DNA of 16,973 nucleotides from a virus (Duplodnaviria; Heunggongvirae; Uroviricota; Caudoviricetes): IMG/VR virus record IMGVR_UViG_2529293240_000008, positions 1 to 16,973 of that record; one strand, 5' to 3'. Shown piece by piece: positions 8,218 to 14,703 of this stretch (position 1 is its first letter; each line of letters starts with the position of its first letter). The notes under the pieces were generated by a model. It saw only the letters and a program-made list of their open reading frames with translations, ran no database searches and was not told where the DNA came from. The position numbers and the translations under genes were made by a program.

Positions 8218-8254
8218 ACAGCAAAACATAACAAAATCGTTATATCTGCACAAT

Positions 8255-8320
8255 ATATTGATTCTGCAATTTCGGGACGTTACACTGTCTCTGCACCTTA
8301 TAAAGCGGGTGCCGGGATTT
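8255..8320 (+). repeat. Direct repeat copy A (~62-66 bp, one mismatch versus copy B) carrying a sigma70-like promoter
   Basis: ATATTGATTCTGCAATTTCGGGACGTTACACTGTCTCTGCACCTTATAAAGCGGGTGCCGGGATT; near-identical copy at 8911-8976. Confidence 0.9.
8259..8287 (+). promoter_or_regulatory. Sigma70-like promoter of module 1
   Basis: TTGATT (8259-8264), 17-nt spacer, TACACT (8282-8287). Confidence 0.5.
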
Positions 8321-8350
8321 GCACCCCGGAATTGTCAACGGCGATATACG

Positions 8351-8370
8351 ACGCGCCAGCGTCTTTTTTA
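8351..8370 (+). terminator. Attenuator-like intrinsic terminator in the module 1 leader
   Basis: GACGC-GCCA-GCGTC hairpin followed by TTTTTT, about 65 nt downstream of the promoter and upstream of the structured RNA. Confidence 0.45.
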
Positions 8371-8394
8371 TCGTCCGCGCTCACGCACGCCAGA

Positions 8395-8510
8395 ATTATG
8401 GTGGGCTGGGCAGGGGAGCCGAAAGGCTCGCCGGTCTCCGTTGACGCCGGTAGTGCAAACCCTGTTCAGTCCGCCACCAGCGAGATTTGCACCTCCGGTG
8501 GTGGAAGTTT
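8395..8510 (+). ncRNA. Candidate C4/CI-type antisense regulatory RNA, copy 1
   Basis: Conserved core shared with copy 2; GNRA hairpin GAGCC-GAAA-GGCTC (8417-8430); hairpin loop CTCCGTTGAC (about 8437-8446) complementary to GTCAACGGAG at the RBS of the downstream gene (8518-8527) and to GTCAACGG upstream (8335-8342). Confidence 0.45.
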
Positions 8511-8535
8511 TCCACAGTCAACGGAGGCTGCCATC

Positions 8536-8898
8536 ATGGCTACAGTCCCAACCCACTCATTCCTCAAAATTGAGACCGTCAACGGCAAGGCCGTTATTTT
8601 CTCTTTGCATGTGGCCTGCCACTTTAAGCGCATGCACCAGAACATCGTAGACAAAATCGAGTATCTGAACTGCTCGCGCGAATTTTTTACCCGCAATTTC
8701 ATACCGGGTACTTACCACATCTATGACGACTCTCTGCGTGGTTATTACATCACCCTTGATGGTCTGATGCTGCTTCAGCTTGGGTTAAGTCTGCGCACAA
8801 TGCGGTACTACGAGAGTTGCATTGAAGCGTTCCATGAGGCTGAAACCGTCCAGGTGCATTCCGCTTTCCGTCGTCATCAACGGGAGGTGCACCTATGA
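8536..8898 (+). CDS. Rha/AntA-domain phage regulatory protein (120 aa), module 1 cargo
   Basis: ATG 8536 with GGAGG 8 nt upstream. N-terminus MATVPTHSFLKIETVNGKAVIFSLHVACHFKRMHQNIVDKIEYLNCSREFFTRNF parallels the module 2 protein. Confidence 0.7.
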   Translation: MATVPTHSFLKIETVNGKAVIFSLHVACHFKRMHQNIVDKIEYLNCSREFFTRNFIPGTYHIYDDSLRGYYITLDGLMLLQLGLSLRTMRYYESCIEAFHEAETVQVHSAFRRHQREVHL

Positions 8899-8910
8899 TC
8901 CGCTACCTGA

Positions 8911-8976
8911 ATATTGATTCTGCAATTTCGGGACGTTACACTGTCTCCGCACCTTATAAAGCGGGTGCCGGGATTG
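8911..8976 (+). repeat. Direct repeat copy B carrying a sigma70-like promoter
   Basis: Same sequence as 8255-8320 with a single T/C difference. Confidence 0.9.
8915..8942 (+). promoter_or_regulatory. Sigma70-like promoter of module 2
   Basis: TTGATT, 17-nt spacer, TACACT, identical to module 1. Confidence 0.5.
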
Positions 8977-9003
8977 GCGTCCTGAAATTCAATATAGAGC
9001 ATA

Positions 9004-9025
9004 ACCGCGCTCATGCGGTTTTTTC
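9004..9025 (+). terminator. Attenuator-like intrinsic terminator in the module 2 leader
   Basis: ACCGC-GCTCAT-GCGGT hairpin followed by TTTTTT; different sequence from module 1 but the same position and architecture. Confidence 0.45.
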
Positions 9026-9050
9026 GTGTCATGAGCATTGCTACGCCCAA

Positions 9051-9146
9051 ATTATGGTGGGGCGTGCAGGGGCATCGCAAGATGCGCCGGGTTCTATGTT
9101 GACCGGTTACGCCAACCCTGTACGTCTCACCACCTCTGTGATTGGC
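9051..9146 (+). ncRNA. Candidate C4/CI-type antisense regulatory RNA, copy 2
   Basis: GNRA hairpin GCATC-GCAA-GATGC (9072-9085); loop CTATGTTGA (9094-9102) complementary to TCAACATAG at the RBS of the downstream gene (9172-9180) and, with one G-U pair, to TCAATATAG upstream (8989-8997). Confidence 0.45.
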
Positions 9147-9191
9147 GTCCCATGTGATGAGTTCTTTGAATTCAACATAGGGGCTGTCACC

Positions 9192-9755
9192 ATGACTACT
9201 CTCCCAACCCTCTCTCAACCTGAAATTGCCATCGTTGATGGTCAGGCTGTTACTTCATCCCTGGCTGTTGCTAACTTCTTCTCTAAACGTCATGACGATG
9301 TTCTGAAAAAGATCCGCATTTTGGATTGTTCTCCAGAGTTTTGTGCCCGCAATTTTGCGGAGACATCAATTTTGGTACGCCAGCCCAACGGCGGTACTCG
9401 CAAACTTCCCTGCTACCAAATCACCCGCGACGGCTTCGCCTTCCTTGCTATGGGCTTCACTGGTAAACGTGCCGCCCGGTTCAAAGAGGCATACATCAAT
9501 GCCTTTAACCAGATGGAGAGGAGCTTATCAGGAGCTGGTGCGGCTGACATGTCATCTGTCGCACAAAACGCCAGAGGCGTATACCTGCATTTGCGTGAAA
9601 TCCATCAAATCTGGACAAGCCAGCTTTACCCAATGCTTAAGGCCGTTGAATCTCCGCTGGCTGGCAAACTGTACGACCGTGTAGGTGATGCTGTTTTTGG
9701 TGCTGCACTTGTTGATTCCAGGCTGAATGGTTCTGACAAGGAGGTGCGCCCATGA
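9192..9755 (+). CDS. Rha/AntA-family phage regulatory (antirepressor-like) protein (187 aa), module 2 cargo
   Basis: ATG 9192; N-terminus MTTLPTLSQPEIAIVDGQAVTSSLAVANFFSKRHDDVLKKIRILDCSPEFCARNF (Rha/AntA pattern). Confidence 0.75.
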   Translation: MTTLPTLSQPEIAIVDGQAVTSSLAVANFFSKRHDDVLKKIRILDCSPEFCARNFAETSILVRQPNGGTRKLPCYQITRDGFAFLAMGFTGKRAARFKEAYINAFNQMERSLSGAGAADMSSVAQNARGVYLHLREIHQIWTSQLYPMLKAVESPLAGKLYDRVGDAVFGAALVDSRLNGSDKEVRP

Positions 9756-9985
9756 TCCGCCACATCGTTAATTTCCTGTATCACCGATACAACCATTGCC
9801 CCCGTGTGGGGCAGTGGTTCACCACCAGCAACGGCTACGTTCTGCGGGTTTGCCTGGTCAGTACCGAAAGCCAGAAGGTTGTCTGCCAGGTTCAGGGACG
9901 TACTCATACCCTGAGTTATCCGCTGGTGGCGTTTCAGTCCGGAAAAATGTTTAAACGCCTGGGAGGTGGCTATGCGTCCGTCTGA
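9752..9985 (+). CDS. Hypothetical small protein (77 aa)
   Basis: AAGGAGGTG RBS 6 nt upstream of ATG 9752; start overlaps the stop of the Rha-like gene (ATGA). Confidence 0.55.
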   Translation: MIRHIVNFLYHRYNHCPRVGQWFTTSNGYVLRVCLVSTESQKVVCQVQGRTHTLSYPLVAFQSGKMFKRLGGGYASV

Positions 9986-10880
9986 TCTTCTGCTCGATTT
10001 TGGACATCCGGTTGCTTATTACCCTGGGCTCGTTAAATACATGGGAAGTCCGCACGCTGTTATTTTCTTTGGTCAGATTTTTTACTGGCAGGATAAAGCA
10101 CATGCAGCGGAAGGCGTACATAAAACGCGTGAAGAGATACAACACGAAACCGGACTTACATTTGAACAACAGGCTGTAGCGCGTAAGCATCTTGTGTCCA
10201 GAGGCATTTTGGTTGAAACCAACAAGCGTCTTGAGCACAAAATGTTCTACCGTATAGATTGTGAGCGCCTTAATGAAATTATCAATGAAAACAATCAGTT
10301 TTCCCGAAATGGGGAAACCCGTTTTCGGGAAACTGTAAAACCCAATTTCGCGGAGGAGGGAAAGCCTTCACCGCGGACACGGGAAACCCCTCGCCGCGGA
10401 GAAGGGAAAACCAATTTCGATCTTACAGAGAATACAACAGAGATTACTTCAGAGAATACTACAGAGAGTAAAAACACTATTGGCGCATCCGCTGACGCGT
10501 CTGCACCAGCGCGTTCTTCCCGACAGGAATATTCACCGGAATTTGAACAGGCCTGGCAGGAATATCCAAAACGTGCTGGTGGTAACTCAAAATCCGCAGC
10601 CTTCAAAGCCTGGAAAGCCCGGCTCAGGGAGGGAATAAAACCTGAAGCCATGCTTGATGGCGTGAAACGCTATGCTGCCTGGGTACGTGCCACAGGAAAT
10701 ACCGGCACACAGTTCGTGAAGCAGGCTGCGACGTTCTTTGGACCCGATCGTCACTTCGAAGACTTCTGGAAACAGCCAGCCGCTCCCGGAGGTGGGCGAC
10801 AGCGACAGGTCGATGTCCTGGCTGGCCTGGGAGCCATGTCTGACAAATTCGGTAAATCCAGTGACAAACTGACATTCTGA
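9972..10880 (+). CDS. Phage replication initiator / replisome organiser (lambda O-like) with repeat-rich linker
   Basis: GGGAGG RBS before ATG 9972 (track starts at GTG 9966); N- and C-terminal domains separated by a low-complexity linker (TRFRETVKPNFAEEGKPSPRTRETPRRGEGKTNFDLTENTTEITSENTTESKNT); C-terminal ...EYSPEFEQAWQEYPKRAGGNSKSAAFKAWKARL... Confidence 0.75.
   Translation: MRPSDLLLDFGHPVAYYPGLVKYMGSPHAVIFFGQIFYWQDKAHAAEGVHKTREEIQHETGLTFEQQAVARKHLVSRGILVETNKRLEHKMFYRIDCERLNEIINENNQFSRNGETRFRETVKPNFAEEGKPSPRTRETPRRGEGKTNFDLTENTTEITSENTTESKNTIGASADASAPARSSRQEYSPEFEQAWQEYPKRAGGNSKSAAFKAWKARLREGIKPEAMLDGVKRYAAWVRATGNTGTQFVKQAATFFGPDRHFEDFWKQPAAPGGGRQRQVDVLAGLGAMSDKFGKSSDKLTF
10300..10475 (+). 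repeat. Iteron-like repeat cluster inside the O-like gene (candidate replication origin)
   Basis: Five GGGAAA(A/C/G)CC repeats (10312, 10328, 10358, 10381, 10404), two CCAATTTCG repeats (10342, 10411), CAGAGAATAC twice (10426, 10450), and palindrome CCCGAAA...TTTCGGG (10303-10329). Confidence 0.45.
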
Positions 10881-10890
10881 GGTGACAGCG

Positions 10891-11769
10891 ATGATGACGT
10901 TTAACCTGCGTGAACAACAAAAAAGACTACAGGCGCGAATGGATGAGTTACGGGCAGAGATTGCATTTGCTCAGAAGGGCGAAAAGCCATGGCCTTATCG
11001 TTCCTGCCTGATGCGTGAAGGTCGCGGATATTGCGAAAAACATGGCGAATATCACACGCATATACTGGTGTGGAGCGATCGTAATGGCGAGGACAGAGAA
11101 AAAATTTCATGCTGCCCTGACTGCTTAATCGCTGAGGCCAACGATTTGACCATGGAGCTGTCGTCCATCAAGGCGGAAGAGCTGACTGATAACGCCGGAA
11201 TTGCCCTGCGTTTTCGGGACTGCGAGTTTGATAATTATCTGGAGGTTAATCCTGACGCAGCCAGAAATCTTGCGGCCTGTCGCCGCTATGCGGAGAACTG
11301 GCCAGATATGCTGGAGAACGGTACCAGTCTTGTTATGACCGGCAGTTGTGGTACCGGAAAAAATCATCTGGCTGTGGCTATGGCAAAACACATCATCCGT
11401 AACTATCTGGCCAGTGTGGAGATCACCGACGTGATGCGCCTTACCCGTGCTGTGAAAAATTGCTGGCGGAATGACAGCGAAAAAACAGCGGATGAAGTTA
11501 TTGAGCGTTATGCGTCAATGGATTTGCTGATCATCGACGAAGTTGGCGTTCAGTTTGGCAGCGCGGCTGAAATGGCTATTTTGCAGGAAATTATCAACGC
11601 TAGGTACGAAAGTATCTTGCCCACCATTCTGATCAGTAACCTCTCACCGGAAGAGTTGTGGGCGTTCATCAGTCCCCGAATTGCCGACAGGATCACAGAC
11701 GGGGGACGCAACTGGTTGTCGTTTAACTGGCCCAGTTACCGTTCTCGTATCAGAGGTGTGGCTGCATGA
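10891..11769 (+). CDS. DnaC/IstB-like AAA+ helicase loader with N-terminal Cys/His zinc-finger-like motif
   Basis: Walker A GSCGTGKNHLAVAMA, Walker B LLIIDEVG; GAGGTGA RBS before ATG 10891 (track starts at GTG 10882). Confidence 0.85.
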   Translation: MMTFNLREQQKRLQARMDELRAEIAFAQKGEKPWPYRSCLMREGRGYCEKHGEYHTHILVWSDRNGEDREKISCCPDCLIAEANDLTMELSSIKAEELTDNAGIALRFRDCEFDNYLEVNPDAARNLAACRRYAENWPDMLENGTSLVMTGSCGTGKNHLAVAMAKHIIRNYLASVEITDVMRLTRAVKNCWRNDSEKTADEVIERYASMDLLIIDEVGVQFGSAAEMAILQEIINARYESILPTILISNLSPEELWAFISPRIADRITDGGRNWLSFNWPSYRSRIRGVAA

Positions 11770-13157
11770 CAACTCCAGTATGGCGTAACGATGACCTTGA
11801 AGGCGCTGTCATCGGCGCGTTCTTTCTGCGCGGAGCAGATCCTGAAGTGATGGATATTCTGGCCACACTGCCAGCGGACGTTTTTTCTGTACGAGCGTAT
11901 CAGGATATCTATACAGGCATCTGCAGACAGGCCCGTGTTTCAGGAGTGATTGACCCCGTGCTGTTGTGTAATGAGATGCCGGAACTTGCCCCGGTGATTA
12001 CTGATACCGGGCGTAAAACCTGGGTGAAGTCTTCACTGGAGCACTATGTTGCAGCGTTGCGGCGCAATGCCGCACTGCGCGATGCAGAAAAAACACTGAA
12101 TGAGGCGCTGCAGAAATTACGTGATGCGCATACCTGTGAAGCAGCTGAAGATGCCCTGAAGGATGCGCAGAACATGATGGTCACACTGTCGACAGGAAAG
12201 GGCGTCATTCAGCCGGTACATATTGATGATGTGCTTCCGGAAGTGGTTGAGCGTGTTGAATGCCGGAATCAGGGGCTGGAGAAATCCAGGACGTTGATGA
12301 CCGGTATTGATGAACTGGACGCAAAAACAGGCGGTATGGAGCCCGGAGACCTGGTATTCATTGCCGCCCGTCCTTCGATGGGGAAAACCGAACTTGCGCT
12401 GGACATCATCGACAAGGTGACTGAGCAGGGGCATGGTGTGCTTCTGTTCACCATGGAGATGGCGAACATCCAGATTGGTGAACGTATGGTGTCTGCGGCT
12501 GGAGGGATGCCAGTATCACGCCTGAAATCTGTGGCTCACTTTGAAGATGAAGACTGGACGCGTTTCTCACAAGGGGTGGGGCGAATGACCGGGCGCAATA
12601 TCTGGATGGTGGACCAGGCGAACCTGGCCATTGATGAGATATGCGCAACAACGAAACACCACCTGATTAAATATCCGGAAACGGCGCTGGTGGTGGTTGA
12701 TTATCTCGGGCTGATAAAAACCCGAACCACGGGGCGTCATGACCTTGCCGTGGGTGAAATCTCAAAGGGGCTTAAAGGCCTGGCAAAATCCGGTGGTTTT
12801 CCGTTGATTGCGCTGAGCCAGCTCTCCCGCGGTGTGGAGTCCAGACCCAATAAACGTCCCATGAACTCAGACCTGAAAAATTCCGGAGAAATAGAGGCGG
12901 ATGCAGACATCATTCTGATGCTTTACAGGGATGAAGTGTACAACCCGGATACGCAGGCCAGGGGCATCGCAGAAATCAATATCACGAAACAACGTAACGG
13001 TTCTCTGGGAACGATTTACCGGCGTTTTTATAACGGACATTTTCTGCCTGTGGACCAGGAAAGTGCACGGGTGCTTTCCACTCCCATGAAGCCCGGCAAT
13101 CCGCGCAGATACAGTAATAAACGAACTGACAGCAGTAAGATGGAGCGTTTCTTTTGA
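11766..13157 (+). CDS. DnaB-family replicative helicase
   Basis: 463 aa; Walker A ARPSMGKTELALD, Walker B VVVDYLGL, ...ALSQLSRGVESR... and ...DADIILMLYRDEVYN... motifs typical of DnaB; start overlaps the upstream stop (ATGA). Confidence 0.85.
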   Translation: MTTPVWRNDDLEGAVIGAFFLRGADPEVMDILATLPADVFSVRAYQDIYTGICRQARVSGVIDPVLLCNEMPELAPVITDTGRKTWVKSSLEHYVAALRRNAALRDAEKTLNEALQKLRDAHTCEAAEDALKDAQNMMVTLSTGKGVIQPVHIDDVLPEVVERVECRNQGLEKSRTLMTGIDELDAKTGGMEPGDLVFIAARPSMGKTELALDIIDKVTEQGHGVLLFTMEMANIQIGERMVSAAGGMPVSRLKSVAHFEDEDWTRFSQGVGRMTGRNIWMVDQANLAIDEICATTKHHLIKYPETALVVVDYLGLIKTRTTGRHDLAVGEISKGLKGLAKSGGFPLIALSQLSRGVESRPNKRPMNSDLKNSGEIEADADIILMLYRDEVYNPDTQARGIAEINITKQRNGSLGTIYRRFYNGHFLPVDQESARVLSTPMKPGNPRRYSNKRTDSSKMERFF

Positions 13158-13168
13158 ACAACCAGACA

Positions 13169-13411
13169 ATGACTTTTACCCCTGAACAATTGCGTAAACA
13201 CGCGCAGGAAATGCTGCGTCATGCTGAACAACTCGAAAAAACGGGCATAACAAAAGATGCTATCCGTAAAGATATGGTACCCGCGCTTCGGGAACTGATG
13301 CAGGCGAAGCATCGCGCACAGAAAGCAGTAGATGAGCTGGTGGACTGTGTGGCAGAGCTGGAAACCAGAGTCGGAAAGTTTGAAAAACTGGTGCAGGAGG
13401 CGCTGCGCTGA
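13169..13411 (+). CDS. Hypothetical coiled-coil protein (about 80 aa)
   Basis: Track ORF 13154..13411 starts on a TTG; first ATG at 13169 (MTFTPEQLRKHAQEMLRHAEQLEK...); no clear RBS. Confidence 0.5.
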   Translation: MTFTPEQLRKHAQEMLRHAEQLEKTGITKDAIRKDMVPALRELMQAKHRAQKAVDELVDCVAELETRVGKFEKLVQEALR

Positions 13412-13506
13412 TGCGCCATGAGTTTGTTTTGCCCTGGCTTGTGCGCGATCATTATGTCCCTGGTGGAAAGCCCGGGATAAAAATCACCGAACCGGAGAGT
13501 ATTTGA
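13411..13506 (+). CDS. Candidate 31-codon ORF translationally coupled to ninH
   Basis: ATG 13411 with AGGAGG 11 nt upstream; its TGA stop overlaps the ninH ATG (TGATG). Confidence 0.2.
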   Translation: MRHEFVLPWLVRDHYVPGGKPGIKITEPESI

Positions 13507-13706
13507 TGAGCGTCAAAATTCAAACGATACCGGAACTGCTTATCCAGACACGAGGTAATATGACCGAAGTTTCACGAATGCTGAACTGTAATCGCGCCAC
13601 GGTAAGAAAATATGCTGAAGATAAAGAGGGCAAAGGGCACGCCATTGTTGATGGTGTTCTGATTGTTCATCGTGGATGGGACAGGGGTAAAGACAGTGAT
13701 GCGTGA
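13506..13706 (+). CDS. ninH: NinH-like small DNA-binding protein
   Basis: ...[57 protein letters not shown]... closely parallels lambda NinH as recalled from memory; located just upstream of Q as in lambda. Confidence 0.75.
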   Translation: MSVKIQTIPELLIQTRGNMTEVSRMLNCNRATVRKYAEDKEGKGHAIVDGVLIVHRGWDRGKDSDA

Positions 13707-14079
13707 TATTCAGCAGGTTCTTGAGCGCTGGGGCGCGTGGGTGGCTAATAATCATGAGGATGTGACCTGGTCGTCCATTGCTGCCGGTTTTAAGGGATTA
13801 ATCCCTTCAAAAGTAAAATCCCGCCCGCAATGCTGTGACGATGACGCGATGGTTATATGTGGGTGTATGGCCCGCCTTAACCGGAACAACAACGATCTAC
13901 ATGACTTGCTGGTTGACTACTACGTGTTTGGGATGACATTCATGACGCTGGCGCGGAAGCATGGATGCTCAGATGGTTATATAGGAAAGAAGCTACAAAA
14001 AGCCGAGGGGGTGGTGGAAGGAATGTTGATGATGTTGGGTGTCCGGTTAGAAATGGACAAATATATTGAACATCCCTGA
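13699..14079 (+). CDS. Late-gene antiterminator Q (phage 82 / QuuD-type, Phage_antitermQ-like)
   Basis: [60 protein letters not shown]...; ATG at 13699 inside the track ORF 13663..14079; overlaps the ninH 3' end. Confidence 0.8.
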   Translation: MRDIQQVLERWGAWVANNHEDVTWSSIAAGFKGLIPSKVKSRPQCCDDDAMVICGCMARLNRNNNDLHDLLVDYYVFGMTFMTLARKHGCSDGYIGKKLQKAEGVVEGMLMMLGVRLEMDKYIEHP

Positions 14080-14165
14080 TGGTAAGGGGCGACTTTCTAG
14101 AAAATATTTTACGTACGTAAAAAACGGGATATTCTGTTAAGAGTGGTTGCTTCGCCACACAGCTT

Positions 14166-14191
14166 AAACCCGCCTCCGGGCGGGTTTTTTA
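14166..14191 (+). terminator. Strong rho-independent terminator downstream of Q (tR'-like)
   Basis: CCCGCC-TCCG-GGCGGG perfect GC hairpin followed by TTTTTT. Confidence 0.75.
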
Positions 14192-14240
14192 TGCCTGAAA
14201 AACGGTACAGGACGTTAAACACGCTGGTGGTCAGATGAGT

Positions 14241-14269
14241 TTGCAGATGTGATGACATATGGTTATTAT
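14241..14269 (+). promoter_or_regulatory. Sigma70-like promoter of the tRNA cluster
   Basis: TTGCAG (14241-14246), 17-nt spacer, TATTAT (14264-14269), 9 bp upstream of the first tRNA. Confidence 0.55.
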
Positions 14270-14278
14270 TCTGCCTCC

Positions 14279-14355
14279 GGCCCTTTAGCTCAGTTGGTCA
14301 GAGCGAGCGACTCATAATCGCCAGGTCGCTGGTTCAAGTCCAGCAAGGGCCACCA
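14279..14355 (+). tRNA. tRNA with CAT anticodon (ileX/ileZ-like tRNA-Ile2; formally Met/Ile)
   Basis: Cloverleaf with 7-bp acceptor stem GGCCCTT/AAGGGCC, anticodon loop CTCATAA, T-loop TTCAAGT, encoded CCA. Confidence 0.85.
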
Positions 14356-14356
14356 A

Positions 14357-14433
14357 CCACCACTAGCTCATCCGGATAGAGCATCAACCTTCTAAGTTGA
14401 CGGTGCGAGGTTCGAGTCCTCGGTGGTGGGCCA
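14357..14433 (+). tRNA. tRNA-Arg (anticodon TCT)
   Basis: Acceptor stem CCACCAC/GTGGTGG, anticodon stem TCAAC/GTTGA with loop CTTCTAA, T-loop TTCGAGT, encoded CCA. Confidence 0.85.
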
Positions 14434-14435
14434 GC

Positions 14436-14511
<76 letters not shown>

Positions 14512-14514
14512 TAT

Positions 14515-14589
<75 letters not shown>

Positions 14590-14703
14590 TGACCTTTCTT
14601 AAAGTATTCCAACTTACTGAATCCTAAGGGATATGGCTTTAAGCCTCCTTGCAGAGTTACTTACTGTAACCCACTGTGTAACCCTCTCAGGGCATACAGA
14701 CAT

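Noticed and set aside
8401-8535. In-frame N-terminal extensions of the two Rha-like genes from ATGGTGGG (8398 and 9055)
   Set aside because: The two copies are conserved at nucleotide level with internal indels that shift the conserved bases between codon positions, and their differences are compensatory within hairpins. That fits RNA structure, not coding. The downstream ATGs have their own Shine-Dalgarno sequences.
8258-8650. 130-aa plus-strand ORF overlapping the module 1 leader
   Set aside because: It covers the promoter, attenuator and structured RNA region; the product is Arg/Pro-rich low-complexity, and it is out of frame with the downstream Rha-like gene.
7324-8898. 524-aa plus-strand ORF, the longest in the track
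   Set aside because: It runs antisense through the HigA-like and HigB-like genes on the minus strand (both with RBS and family motifs), then through the noncoding promoter/leader of module 1, and only its last 120 codons (from ATG 8536 with its own GGAGG) look like a real protein. The N-terminal 400 residues are low-complexity Ser/Ala-rich with no RBS, so this is a read-through artefact.
10295-10920. Minus-strand ORFs 10295..10651 and 10624..10920
   Set aside because: Antisense to the O-like gene and the DnaC-like gene start; no RBS, repetitive Ser/Arg-rich products.
12117-13312. Minus-strand ORFs inside and after the DnaB-like gene (12117..12434, 12269..12469, 12448..12651, 12867..13169, 13028..13312)
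   Set aside because: All are antisense to well-supported plus-strand genes and have no translation signals.
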